64,000 nucleotides of DNA from Chiloscyllium plagiosum (Eukaryota): the NCBI RefSeq assembly GCF_004010195.1, contig NC_057719.1, positions 50,386,302 through 50,450,301 of the forward strand. The letters run 5' to 3'. Positions 12,731 to 26,121 of this stretch are shown piece after piece. The notes below the pieces were generated by a model that saw only the letters and a list, made by a program, of their open reading frames with translations, made no database searches and had not been told where the DNA came from. How positions within the stretch are numbered: position 1 is the stretch's first letter; every line of letters starts with the position of its first letter. The translations under genes and the position numbers were made by a program.

Positions 12731-14999
12731 ACCTGCTTAGCCAGGATAGATTCCGACTGCTCACACTATGTTTCTGTAGTGTCAGATGCTGCATTCTTCT
12801 TGTTGGAATATTGAATGATTAAATTATATTCGTTAATTAATCAGATGTCAGGAAAAGGATTTATGATATAACTTCTAACTACTAGACAGCTGACAGATTG
12901 AGAGATCTCTGCCATTACAATGACCACAACTTTTATGACAACCTCAAAAAACTCTAGCAGAATACTTAAATGTGATATTGATCCTACATTACTTCTACGT
13001 ATATAATACAGCATGTCTGATCTGCAGGTGCTTGAATTAGCCAGCTTACTAAATTAGTTTGATTTCAGTGGAAATGGCAATTAGTTGCTAATAATTGCCC
13101 AATATAGCTGATTGCTCATGATGAACATGGACGGTGTAAATGGTCTGGACTGCTCTTGATTTGCATCTGTGATTTACTGTGCATTTAAAAAATCTGTATT
13201 GTGCAAACTTCCATTGTTTGCTGTTGCTATGTTTGGAGAATAGGCATTAATTGAACAGAGGTTGGATAGCTGCTTTTTTTGCTGGAACTGGAATGAAATG
13301 GGCCAAATGGACTGTGAAAGAAAGCATAGGTAAGAATAAGTATCATGTAAAGTTTTGACCAGTAATATAGAAAGGTAAAGAACAATCTTCAATAGAGTGT
13401 TTGAATTGAAAGAAGGCTAATTTCAATGAAAGGGGAAGGAATCTAGCCAAGTAAAGTGAAACAGTAAGGTGCTCTTTAAGGGGATGCTTTAGGTATCAAC
13501 CAGTTACATTTCAACAGCAGTGACAGGTAGAAGAACCAAATACAGGGCTCATTGAATGACAAAGGAGATAAAGTATACTATGAAACAGAAAATCATATAT
13601 GATGCTCGTCAGGTGAATTATTTCAGGGAGAACAAGATGAAGCAGGGGAGGTGAATAAGAAATTAAGAATGATGAAGAAAAATACATGAAAATAAAATGG
13701 CTGTCAACATACAAGGGAACCCAAAAATCCTAAATGAGCATGGAAATAATACACTGGAAGTAGGAAATAGCATGGGTCCGATTAGGACAAGCTCAAAGAC
13801 CCAAGACAAGGCAGGAAAGCTTAGTACTTTTGTATCAATGTTTATTAAGGAAAAGGAATCCAACAAACTCAGTGGAAACAGAATTGGTAGATGTAATGGA
13901 TCTGGTGAAAATTGAGAGGCAGGAAGTACTGGAACAACTAATTATGCTCAGAATGAAGAAATCACCTGGTTTTGGAAGACTTGCATCCCAGTCTGCTGAA
14001 AGAATTTCTCATTTTAACTTAATATTATTTAATCTCGTACTCGTTGGAAGACTTCACCACCTGACAAGTTTATTCTGAACAAAAATAATCATTGATCTCT
14101 TAGGATTTGCCAGAATAAATAATGTTTCGCTTCTCTTACGATGGTACTTCCTGGCCAGATGCAGCTGAATTTTTTTTTTCTTTTGAGAGGTGTGCAAAGC
14201 AACTTGAAGGTTGTTATACTGGCAAGATGCTCCATATTTGTAATTTTGTAAAAAAAAAAGTGCTGCAGAAATGTTGCACTTCACATGATGCTGATGCTTG
14301 AAATTAATCCACCTGTTAGCCAATGCCTAAATAAACAAAAAAGTCTTGAATTTTGTGTTCTGAACAATCTGGCCAGTTGTAACAATTTTGCTTTTTATAA
14401 ACATGATTTGTTCATGAAAGTCAGGTGACCCATTCCTCCATTATTTGTTTGGTTTGTTTGGACCATGGAAGTTGAACAATACTTGTGTTGTTCTTCCAGA
14501 TCTTTCATTGATCAATTGGAACAATGTATCTGTACCTCCTGTTTAGTTGTTTGCAACATTCACTAGTCTACTAGATCTCCTGCAAAGATTAGTCCACTGT
14601 AGTTTGAGTAAATCTTTTACTTCTTCAGACATCTGACCGACTGAATTTCTGTAGCACTGTTTTTAGATTTGCAGCACCTGTGAAAGTTTGTTTTTTGCTA
14701 ATTAATCTATTTGAGATGATTCATCCATTTATACTAAATGTATTACAATCTGTCTCAAATTCAACCACATAGTCTTAACTTGCCTTTCCAATGGTGTCAG
14801 TTACTATTGTCAAATGAATCTGTCTTGAAATTAAACTCGGGGATAAATGGAAAAGTATTCCTTTTTATAAACCCAGAACTGACTGAGTAATAACCTTAAT
14901 GATAGCTTGGTGTGATTTACAGTGAATGAAGAAAGGCATCAAACATAGGCAGTTAAATTACTTTCCTGGAAATGGAATTAAAAGTTGATAAAGGACAAT

Positions 15000-17898
15000 A
15001 AATCTGAGACTAGTACAGTTGAGAACAAAGGCGAGTCAAACAGGCAGGGCAGGCAGGGACAAAGAGAACACGGTAGGACTGATAAATTAAACTGCACTTA
15101 TTTCAGGGAAGGCAGATGACCTCCGGGTTTGGTTAGGAATAAGGACTGGGATATCTTAGCAATTACAGAAACATGGCTCAGGGCTGGACAGGACTGGCAG
15201 CTTAATGTTCCAGGATACAAATGCTACAGAAAGGATAGAAAGGGAGGCAAGACAGGAGGGGAGTGGTGTTTTTGATAAGGAAAAGCATTAGAGCTGTAGT
15301 GAGGGAGGATATTCCTGGAAATACATCCAGGGAAGTTATTTGGGTGGAACTGAGAAATAAGAAAGGAATGGCCACTTTACTGGGATTGTATTATACACCC
15401 CCTAATAGTCAAAGGGAAAATGAGAAACAAATTTGTAAGGAGATCTCAGTTATCTGTAAGAATAATAGGGTGGTTATGGTCGGGGATTTTAACTTTCCAA
15501 ACATAGACTGGGACTGCCGTAGTGTTAAGGGGTTAGATTGAGAGGAATTTGTTAAGTGGTGTACAAGAAAATTTTCTGATTTAGTATGTGGATATACCTA
15601 CTAGAGAAGGTGCAAAACCTGACCTACTATTGGGAAATAAGGCAGGGCAGGTGACTGAGGTGTCAGTGGGGGATCACTTTGGGGCCAGCGACTATAATTC
15701 TATTCGTTTTAAAGTAGTGATGGAAAAGGATAGACCAGGTCTAAAAGTTGAAGTTCTAAATTGGAGAAAGGCCAATTTTAAACGTATTAGGCAAGAACTT
15801 TCAATAACTGATTGGGCGCAGATGTTCACAGGTAAAGGGACGGCTGGAAAATTGGAAGCCTTCAGAAATGAGACAACAAGAATCCAGTGAAAGGAAAGGC
15901 TGGTAGGTATAGGGAATGCTGGATGACTAAAGAAATTGAGGTTTTGGTTAAGAAAAAGAAGGAAACATACGTCAGGTATAGACAGGATAGATCAAGTGAA
16001 TCCTTAGAGGAGTATAAAGGCAGTAGGGGTATACTTAAGAGGGAAACAGGAGGGAAAAAAGGGGTCATGAGATAGCTTTGGCAAATAGAGTGAAGGAGAA
16101 TCCAAAGGGTTTTTATAAACACATTAAGGACAGAAGGGTAACTAGAGAGAGAATAGGGCCCCTCAAAGATCAGCAAGGCAGCCTTTGTGTGGAGCCGCAG
16201 GAGATGGGGGAGTTACTAAATGAGTATTTTGCATCAGCATTTACTGTGGAAAAGGACATGGAAGATATAGAATATAAGGAAATAGAGGATGACATCTTGA
16301 AAAATGTCCATATTACAAAGGAGGAAGTGCTGGATGTCTTGAAACGCATAAAAGTGGATAAATCCCCTGGACCTGATCACGTGTATCCTAGAACTTTGTG
16401 GAAAGCTAGGGAAGTGATTGCTGGGCCTCTTGCTGAGATATTTGTAACATTGATAGTCACAGGTGAGGTGCTGGAAGACTGGGGGTTGGCTAACATGGTG
16501 TCACTGTTTAAGAAAGGTGGTAAGGACAAGCCAGGGAACTACAGATCAGTGAGCCTGACCTCGGTGGTGGGCAAGTTGTTGGAGGGAATCTTGAGGGACA
16601 GGATGTACATGTGTATGGAAAGGCAAGGACTGATTAGGGATAGTCAACATGGCTTTGTGCGTGGGAAATCATGTCTCATAAACTTGATTGAGTTTTTTGA
16701 AGAAGTAACAAAGGGGATTGAGGAGGGCAGAACAGTGGATATGATGTATATGGACTTCAGTAAGGCGTTTGACAAGGTTCCCCATGGGAGACTGGTTAGC
16801 AAGGTTTGATCTCATGCAGGGAGAACTAGCCACTTGGATACAGAACTGGCTCAAAGGTAGAAGACAGAGGGTGGTGGTGGAGGGTTGTTTTTCAGACTGG
16901 AGGCCTGTGACCAGTGGAGTGCCACAAGGATCGGTACTAGGTCCATTACTTTACTTCATTTACATAAATGACTTGGATGTGAGCATAAGAGGTACAGTTA
17001 GTAAGTTTGCAGTTGACATCAAAATTGGAGGTGTAGTGGACAGTGAAGAAGATTATCTCTGATTACAACAGGATCTTGATCAGATGGATCAATGGGCTGA
17101 GAAGTGGCAAATGGAGTTTAATTGAGATAAATGTGAGGTGCTGCATTTTAGGAAAGCAACCTTAGTAGGACTTATACACTTAATGGTAAGGTCCTCGCGA
17201 ATGCTGCTGAACTCGGAGACCTTGGAGTGCAGGTTCATAGCTCTTTGAAAGTGGAGTTGCAGGTAGATAGGATGGTATGCTTTCTTTTATGGTCAGAATA
17301 TTGAGCACAGGAGTTGGGAGGTCATGTTGCAGCTGTACAGGACATTGGTTAGGCCACTGTTCGAATATTGCATGCAATTCTGGTCTCCTTCCTATCGAAA
17401 AGATGTTGCGAAGCTTGAAAGGGTTCAGAAAAGATTTACAAGGATGTTGCCAGGGTTGGAGGATTTGAGCTATAGGGAGAAGTTGAACAGGCTGGGGCTG
17501 TTTTCCCTGGAGTGTCGGAGGCTGAGGGGTGACCTTATAGAGATTTACAAAATTATGAGGGGTATGGATAGAATAAATAGACAAAGTCTTTTCCCTGGGG
17601 TCGGGGAGTCCAGAACCAGTGGGCATAGATTTGGACTGAGATGGGAAGATATAAAAGAGACCTAAGACTCTTTCTCGCAGAAGGTGGTCTGTATGGAATG
17701 AGCTGCCAGAGGAAGTGATGGAAGCTGGTACAATTGCAACATTTAAAAGGCATCTGGATGGGTATATGAATAGGAAGGGTTTGGAGGGATATGGGCCACG
17801 TGCTGGCAGGTGGGACGAGATTGGGTTGGGATATCTGGTCGGCATGGACGAATTGGACCGAATAGTCTGTTTCTGTACTCTACATCTCTATGACTCTA
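15000..17898 (+). mobile_element. CR1 (HER1-like) LINE, almost complete ORF2 (APE + RT), disrupted; sense orientation in an ARID4A intron
   Basis: ORFs 15263-17903: [55 protein letters not shown]; tail ctctatgactcta ends ~90 bp before the next ARID4A exon. Confidence 0.95.
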
Positions 17899-17989
17899 AA
17901 TAATATATAATTGAGATCCTTGTCTGTTCATTGCAATGTATTTGGGAACTATTTTTTTAAAATGTGGATTTAATTCCTTTTTTTAACAG

Positions 17990-18136
17990 CTGACCTTAAC
18001 AACCTGACCAGTGCTGAACGAATATCTTTCCTACAAGACAAATTACAGGAGATCAGAAAATACTACATGTCTTTGAAATCTGAAGTAGCATCCATAGACA
18101 GGAGGAGAAAAAGGTTAAAAAAGAAAGAGAGAGAAG
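17990..18136 (+). CDS. ARID4A: ARID4A coding exon, R2 (SAP30/Sin3-HDAC-binding) coiled coil: [48 protein letters not shown]
   Basis: tttttaacag| acceptor, G|gtaaca donor, 147 nt; nearly identical to the ARID4A C-terminal domain. Confidence 0.97.
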
Positions 18137-18453
18137 GTAACATCCTGTATAATTTATGATTTGTACAGTGGCAAGAATAACACATTTTTTTCTGACAATG
18201 AAACAGGAGTAGATCATTGGACTACTCAATAAGATCAGCAAATACCTGGAACTTAACTTGCATTTGTTCATCTTTTGGTGTAAATCACATCCCGTAAAAA
18301 TTTCAGTTTTGGCATTTCTGGAGCCTTTTCAAGTATTCCAGACTTTCCCTTATTTTTACTATAGTGTTTCCTCATTTTACTTTTAATTGGTCCAGTTCTG
18401 ATTTCAAAATTGTGCTTCCTTGTTTATTATTCTCCATCAGAGAGAATGAATTC

Positions 18454-19281
18454 CCTGGATGTAGGTTTCCTTGCTGAGCTGGACATTTTGTCACCATACA
18501 AGGTAACATCATCAGTGAGCCTCTGGATGAAGCACTGGTGGCATGGCCCGCTTTCTATTTATGTGTTTAGATTTCCTTGGGTTGGTGACATAATTTCCTG
18601 TGGTGATATCATGTCCTATGGTGATGTTATTTCTGTTCTTTTTCTCAGGAGGTGGTAGATGGGATCAAAGTCAAAGTGTTTGTTGAAAGAGTTCCGGTTG
18701 GAATACCGTGCTTCTAGGAATTCTCATGCGTGTCTCTGTTTAGCTTGTCCCAAAATGGATGTGTTGTCCCAGTTGAAGTGGTGTCCGTCCTCATCCCTAT
18801 GTAAGGATACATACAGATGTGTTTGTTACATTGGAGAAATAGGCAGAAAACTCGCCACCAGGATATATAAATGTCAACTAGCCACAAAAAGACATGACCC
18901 ACTCTCACTAGTCTCCTTACAGACAGATGAGGAAGGACACCACTTCGACTGAGACAACACATCCATCCTAGGACAAGCCAAACAGAGACACGCACGAGAG
19001 TTCCTAAAAGCATGTTATTCTATCAGCAAACGCATTGACTTGGATCCCATTTACTACCCCCTGAGAAACAGAACCGGAAATGGCGTCACCACAGGACATG
19101 ACGTCACCCAACCCAAGGAAATCTAAGCTAGAAAGCGGGCCATGCCATTAGCGCTTCATCCGGAGGCTCACTGATGTTACCTAGTATGCTTACAAAACGT
19201 CTGAAAACGAACCTTCCAGCTCTGCAAGCAAACCTACATCCAGAACCTCAACCTGAGCTACAAATCTTCTCAAAACTCGCT
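18454..19281. mobile_element. Penelope-like element: GIY-YIG end and pLTR (+, ~18811-19281) preceded by an inverted copy (-, ~18454-18810)
   Basis: CYIGEIGRKLATRI...HHFD GIY-YIG motif; arms are reverse complements; TSD AATGAATTC at 18445-18453 and 19282-19290. Confidence 0.88.
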
Positions 19282-20802
19282 AATGAATTCTCTGTATCCA
19301 GACTACTGAATATTTTGCCATTTTAAAAACTCAAATTATGTTGCCTCTCAATTTTCTAACCTGTATAGTCATCTAAGCTAGGTTTTTGCAACCTTGAGAT
19401 AAAATCTAATCATTTTAAACCAGTATCATTTTGCTGAATATTTGCAAAAAGGCCAGTATATCCTTTCTTGATGAGGGACCAAACCTTAATAAACTGTATG
19501 AGATGGGATCACAACAAAGCTCTCTATGTCAGAAGTATCACTTCCTCCCCTTTATATTCCAGCTGCTTTTGAGATAAAGGCCAACATTGCTAGTGAGTTT
19601 TTGGTATTGTTTGTACGTGTGTACTAATTCTTAAAGGATTGAACTCACAAACATTTATCACTTTCACAAACAAAACCAGAATTAAGGAAGGGTGACCAGA
19701 CCAGAACCATTAACTTTGGTTTCTCTTCACAGATGCTGCCTGACCTGCTGGGCTTTTCCAGCAACTTCTGTTCTTGTTTCTGATTTACAGCATCCACAAT
19801 TCTATTGGGTCTTTATTTAAATTCCTTTCTTCTTGGTCTTTTACTGTAAAGAAAATATTCTGATTTATTGACTCTTGACCTGGGACTTAAATTCCATCTG
19901 ATGTAATTTTACCTCTATTTCATCCATAATGTTCCTTTATAACTTACTTGCTACTGTACAACGTACAATTCCTGGCAATTTTAGTGCCATCTGTAAACTT
20001 GGATGTGCAATCTTCTGCTCCTTCAACAAAATCATGAGTGTTTATGCCGAAATGTTGAGCCTGGACAGTTCCACTTGTTGCGTTTCAATTACAATGTTCA
20101 TGTTATTCCTGGTAACCTTCTACATCCCAACCAGTGATCACCCATATCAAACTATTTCTAAATCTTGCAATGAGAGATTAACTTAAAAACAAAAAAATCT
20201 TAAACAGAATCTTAAATTCTTCTGTTTTTCCTCAAATTGATCGGATACCATTGTGTTTCTCAATTGAGACCCAGACATTTTGTTATCATTTATATTTACT
20301 GTAGAGTAATTGTGATTGAACACTATGATATCAATTTCAATGTGAAATTCATCAAAATAATATCAGTCAGTGTTTTTATTTAATAATTCTTCAGTGTGTT
20401 ATTTTTCATAATGTTTAAACGAAAAGCTCTTTAAATTAAGTTTCTTACTCATTTATTCACTGTTTAATGTGCTCTTCCCTAAGAAGATGATGGACTCCCC
20501 AGATTCTAACTTTTCTTGCTGGCAAACCAGCCAAAGAAAACTTGGTGACTTGCCAGGTTTTAAGATTTTTTTTCCCAGCCTTATTTGTGGGAAGCACCTG
20601 ATTTTCTGTTGACTTGTCTTTTGATGTCATAATCTGAATTGGGCATTCATCTTGTGGGGTCGGCATATTAAAGTTCAATGAACCATACTATCTATTATAA
20701 ATCTTCTGAGATTTTAGGACCATTTACGATGTCATTATAAACAGAGTTGATTATATAATATTCAGATCTATTTGCTAATTCATATGATCTTTTATCCAAT
20801 AG

Positions 20803-20906
20803 TTATATCTGCAGCTCCAGGCATTTCCTCTGCTTCTTCAGAAACCGGAATGAGTCCAACGTCGTCTTCACCAGCCCAGAATAGTGTGGCAGTAGAGTGC
20901 AGGTGA
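20803..20906 (+). CDS. ARID4A: ARID4A terminal coding exon (ISAAPGISSASSETGMSPTSSSPAQNSVAVECR*)
   Basis: Matches the ARID4A terminus [26 protein letters not shown]; TGA at 20904-20906; exact acceptor uncertain (three in-frame AGs). Confidence 0.92.
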
Positions 20907-22715
20907 TGAAGCACCCCTCCAACCGTCACTATCTCTTTCCACAGCAGTTGCTGCCATGACACAAATGCTAAAAGCCTTGGAACCATTAGCATAGGAAGCA
21001 CTCAGCTGATTGGACTTGTGCATTACCGGTGGAATTCAAGAAAATGTTTCCTATCCACCTGGTTAACTTCCAGTGCCTTTCGCACTGCAAGTTTCAGAGT
21101 TGAATGTAATTTGGAGATGTGACATACTTCACTGATGACTACTGTCCACTCTATTACATGACAAAGCACTTTGTGGAAACCTCAGTGAATTAATAAAATG
21201 AATGTGATCAATTTTTCCGGAAGACATGCAGAACAATATTACGTCAGAAGAAAGCTTTGTTGGTAATGGAACGGTTAATGCAAAGTACGAGCCCAGTCAG
21301 CTCAGTTCATATGTTGGATTAGTTCCAATTCAGTCTTAGTTGTGGGAGCATTAGATATGTTGAACTGCCAAAGTACACGGTGAGCAGAGTGCCCTATTTT
21401 GTGTAATTTGGAAATGGGACAAAATAGATTGTTACAGGAAATTTAGTGTATTGTAAACTGAAACTAATGAAAAATGTCTTCCGCTATTTTGCTGTTGGAT
21501 TTTGAGCACACAAGTTATGCAAATGAGATTTCTTATTTAAATTTTGTACTGTTTACAGTCATTGGAGAAGCTGGTTTTCAGTAGACTAATTTCTGTAGCA
21601 AGACTATTTTGTCTCTTTTTATATGTAATTGCAGAGTTTTTATTTTATTACAAAAAAGTTTCAAATATATCACAGCAATGAAGTTATTTAACAAAAATTT
21701 CTAGACCTGAGAATTTTGTGTAAAATAAAAAAATTGTATTATCTTGCAACTTGTGAAGTATATTTATTCAGACAAGGCAATGGACATAATACTTGTATTT
21801 TTTATGTATTTTTAAAACAAGAAAGAAAGATATTTTCAGACTTGGTTCAGTTTTCCAGGTTTGTTGGCTCTAATTTACAAGATGTTACAAACCTTGAATT
21901 ACAATTTCAATCATTTCAAAAGCAGGGTCGCCTGTCCTGAATTACGTATCCTGTAGGGTTCAGTTGTCTAGCTTTATGGTCACACTGCCTAATGGTAAAA
22001 AAAGTGTCTTTTTTTGCCCTGTAAACAAAGCTGGTTGGTCCAACCTTTGAAACTATGCCAAATTCTCTACAATCCAAACATACAATTAAAAACTACATAG
22101 CACAACAACAAAACTACAAGGAATTATGGTTACCATTAGGTGGCTGTGTAAAATATTCAATTCATTGGGTACAGCCATGGTGACTCCATTGCATACTTTG
22201 TATATATTTCAACTCTTCCAGAACCATGTATTTAAAGGATACGGTTTGCACATATATTGTGTACAGATGTGATTATTTTATCAATTTTTATCATACTTGT
22301 ACTGTACATTGTAAGGAATTGGTGTCCCTTCCCAATGTTTAATATACTGTAGAGTAATAGTGTGAATGCTTTAGAATGTTTGTATATTATGATACTGTGG
22401 TTCAGAACAGCAGTGGGCCTGAGGTGGATTGTAATAGTATTCCATAGAACTGCTAACAAATCAATGTCCATTCTTTTTATGTTTGAGATTTTTTTTATAT
22501 TTCTTGACAGCGTGAAATTGTAGTAGTTATTACAATGGATTTTTTTCTTCCATACTTGTAATGGAAGAGAATAATTTGACAATGGCTTAACTTTCTAAAA
22601 GCAAAGCAAACTTTTTGTTTCTCTCTTCCACTTGCAAAGCTGGTGTATCGTAATGTGAAAATAAAATGGAGCTCAGTCCAGAGTTTAATAAAGGCCAAGT
22701 TTTAAGAAACATGCT
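20907..22715 (+). other. ARID4A: ARID4A 3' UTR (probable extent) with AATAAA signals at 21192, 21724, 22660 and 22687
   Basis: AU-rich stretch with no recognisable repeats after the stop codon; last AATAAA followed by a T/GT-rich tract at ~22715-22745. Confidence 0.65.
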
Positions 22716-24157
22716 TTGAATTTTTTTTGTCACATTTTGTGACATCTTCTACATGATGCACCTTTTCCCAATCTTGACAGAGTGGTATTGTCCATTAACT
22801 GAGCACACCCCTTCGTGATACACATGAAATACGGGACCTGCTGTTTTGGAAAATTGGATGGTGATAATATGAATTTATGAAAACATATTCAGTTCATTCA
22901 TTATGGAAATGATTTGGTTTAACTAACCATTGTATCATTTGACTTCATTGGAAAGAAAAAATATAATTTATATGGCATGTACAAGGAAAAGTATATATTT
23001 CAGAAGGTATATGAATAATGTCTTATATTTATTTCTTAACAATATTAAATAACAATTTACATAACAGACAAAATATGAAGAACTTAAACCATCAACATGC
23101 TGAAACTCGTGCACATCCTTCCTTAAAATTTTGGAGGTGGAATTACATGTTCTAATACTGATAGACCCTCTTCATATTTCTTGATCCATACAGTCTTCAA
23201 CAGGCACATTCGACTCTCCTTCTCCAAAGTTTTTCCTCCTATATCCAGCTCTACGGTTTGGTTCCTCATTTTGTTACAGGTTTTGTTTGGTTCCAGTTGT
23301 TCCCAAACTAACTCCAGCAGTGGCTTCTCATTCTAATTCCTCCATTCATTTCCAGAACCCCCAGAATATCCGCTCTGGTTCCACAACTATATGATGATGA
23401 TTGGCAAATTCAAAGCTTGCTTGGAGTCAGAATCCACATTTTTATGTTGCTTTGCTGTTCAAAGTTACGGCTCATCTGTATTCTTGGAATTAAATGGGAA
23501 GGCAAAAGCCTTCATCTTTGACCCCTTGATACCGACGCTACACTTCTGCCACCATGTCACTGTTTTAGGCTGAATCAGATAGCTCACAACCTTAGCTGTC
23601 GTTTACACCCCTACCCCATGAAACAAGGTTTAAACAGGTTTTCTTATTACATACAAACTTTGGGTGTCGGTTTCCTCAAGTGCAATGACCTTCGATACTA
23701 AATGGGCTATACAACTGAAAGTAGTTGTTAGGTTTAGGTACATAAACTAATAAAAAGGAGCAAATACAGTTGTACAAATTCCAGACTCAGTCACAGAACT
23801 GTTATGGTGTAGATTGAGACCATTTGGCCTTTCAAGCCTCTTCAAACAAGCTTGCACACTATTTCTATCCAATGTCCTCTTGAATGCCTCAATTAAATTT
23901 AACTCAACCCTAATTACTCGCTGTGTAAGTAAGTTTTTTTTCAGAAATTGTCCTTGCTTATTTCACATATCACTTTAAATCGATGCCCTCTCATTCTTGT
24001 TCCTTTTACAAACCGAAACAGCTTCTCACTATCTACTTCATCCAGGTGCTTGCAATTTTGAAAAGTTCCACTGAGTTTCCTGTCAGCTGTCTTCTCTCCA
24101 AGGAGAACACTCCCAACTTCTTCAATCTACCTTCATAACTGAAGTTTCTCATTCCTG

Positions 24158-24395
24158 GGTGGCATGGTGGCTCAGTGGTTAGCACTGCTGCCTCACAGTG
24201 CCAGGAACCCAGGTTCAATTCCAGCCTTGGATGACTATGTGGAGTTTGTACATTCACCCCTTGCCTGCGTGGGTTTCCTCTGGGTGCTCTAGTTTCTTCC
24301 CACAGTCCAAAGATGTGCAGGTTAGGTGAATTGGCCAAACTAAATTGCCCATAGTGTTCAGGGGAATGGACCTGGGTGCTTACTCTTTGGATGTT
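24158..24395 (+). mobile_element. HE1-type V-SINE (partial), inserted in an old minus-strand CR1
   Basis: tRNA-like head TGGCTCAGTGG...GGTTCAATTCC and V-domain GTGGAGTTTG...GGGTTTCCTC. Confidence 0.85.
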
Positions 24396-24599
24396 CACTT
24401 TACATTGTATTCACTTAATTACACAATACTGCAGCTGAAGTCTGACAAGTGTCTTGCACAAGGTCAAATTTCCTCCTTGCTTTTGTATTCTTTGCCTCTG
24501 TCAATAAAATAGAACACTGCATGTCTTATTAAGTGCTCTCTCTACCTATCCTGTCACCTTCAATGATCTGTGCATGTAAATGCCCAGGTCTCTGTTTCT

Positions 24600-25835
24600 G
24601 ATGAGGCAGTCTTGATCATGGATCTTGAGGTGAAGGAACCCCTAACTGGCATAAAATGATAGAATTCACCTTGCAGTTTGAGAGGGAGAAGCTGGAATCA
24701 GGTGTAATAGTATTACAATTGAGTAAAGATAGCTGCAAAGACATGAGTGAGGAGCTAGCCAGAGCTGATTGGAGGGGGATGATGGTGGAGCAGCAAAGGT
24801 AGGCGTTTCTGGCCATAATTCAGGAGGCACAGCATAAATTTATCCCAAGGAAGAAGAAGCATACTAACGGGAGGAAGAGGCAATCATGGCTGACAAAGGA
24901 AGTCACGGATAAAAATAAAGAAAATGCATACGATGTGGTGAAAGGAAGCCTTTAAAAATCAACAGAGGAGAACTGACAAAAGCAATAGAGCAGGAGAAAA
25001 TAAAATGAGCGTGAGCTAGCTGATATAAAAAACCTTCCTGCGACTTTTTTTTATTGAGATATATCAAGGTAAGAGAGAGGTGACATTGGACTGTGGGAAA
25101 ATGAGGCTGAAGAAGTAGCAATGGGGAACAAATAAGTGGTAGAGGAACTGAATAGATACTTCACATCAGTTTTCAAAGTGGGCAACACCAGCAGCATACC
25201 AAAACTTTAAGAGAGTCAGGTGGCAGGGCTGAGTATAATAGCCAAAACTATGGAAAAGGCACTGGAGACACCGAAAGGTCTGAAGGTGAATAAATCACCT
25301 GGATGAGGGTTCCAGAGGATTTGAAAATGGCAGAGCAATGCCCCTGATTAAGATGCGAGGGAGGCAGAAGCCAGGAAATTATAGTTCAGTTATCCTAACT
25401 TTTGTTGTTGATGAGCTTTTACAACCAATTATTTAAGAATGAGATTGTAGAGAACTTGGAAATGCATGGTAAAATAGGGCTGAGTCAGCACAGCTTCATG
25501 AAATGAATGTCATGCCTGACAAATTTGTGAGTATTCTTTAAGGAGGTAATAAGCAAGTTAGTTAGAGAAGAGCTTGTGGATGTGATCTGTTTGGATTTCC
25601 AGAAGCCTTTGACAAGGTGCTGCACAGGAGGTTGCTAAATAAAATAAGACTCCTTGGTGTTAGGGTCAAGATACTGGCATAGAAAGAGGATTGGCTGACT
25701 TGCAGAAGGAAGAGAATGGAGATAAAGGAGTCTTTTTCAGGATGGTAACTAGTGGGGTTATACAGGAGTCACTGTTGGGACCACAACCAATTAAGTCTTG
25801 CATTAACAATCTGGATGAAAGAACAGAGGGCATTG
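24600..25835 (+). mobile_element. Old CR1 LINE ORF2 fragment
   Basis: Degenerate DFQKxFDKV and VTSGVIQESLLGP motifs. Confidence 0.75.
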
Positions 25836-25839
25836 TTGC

Positions 25840-26045
25840 ATATAACAATAGCTCCAACCTCACAGTTGGTAACCATTTTAATAAACCATTTTACCCTCAT
25901 GCTTACATTTCTGTCCTGGGCCAGCTGCAATGTTCCAATGAAACACAATGCAAGCTCGAGGAACAACACTTCATTTCTCACATGAGCACTTTGCAGCTTC
26001 GAGGCCTTGATATTGGATTCAATGACTTCAGAAACTGACTACATT
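25840..26045 (+). mobile_element. Penelope-like GIY-YIG C-terminal fragment
   Basis: VGNHFN...ISVLG...KLEEQHFI...LQLRGLDIGFNDFR resembles the PLE ORF terminus. Confidence 0.7.
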
Positions 26046-26121
26046 ACATCTGTTCTGCACTTTTTTTTTACATTCTGTCCACTAAAGTTGTGTCATGTTT
26101 GTGTCTTGTTTTCTTTGCACT

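Noticed and set aside
23150..23770. Possible minus-strand LTR with PBS-like TGGAACCAGAGC
   Set aside because: Imperfect PBS, no TSD, no recognisable gag or pol motif
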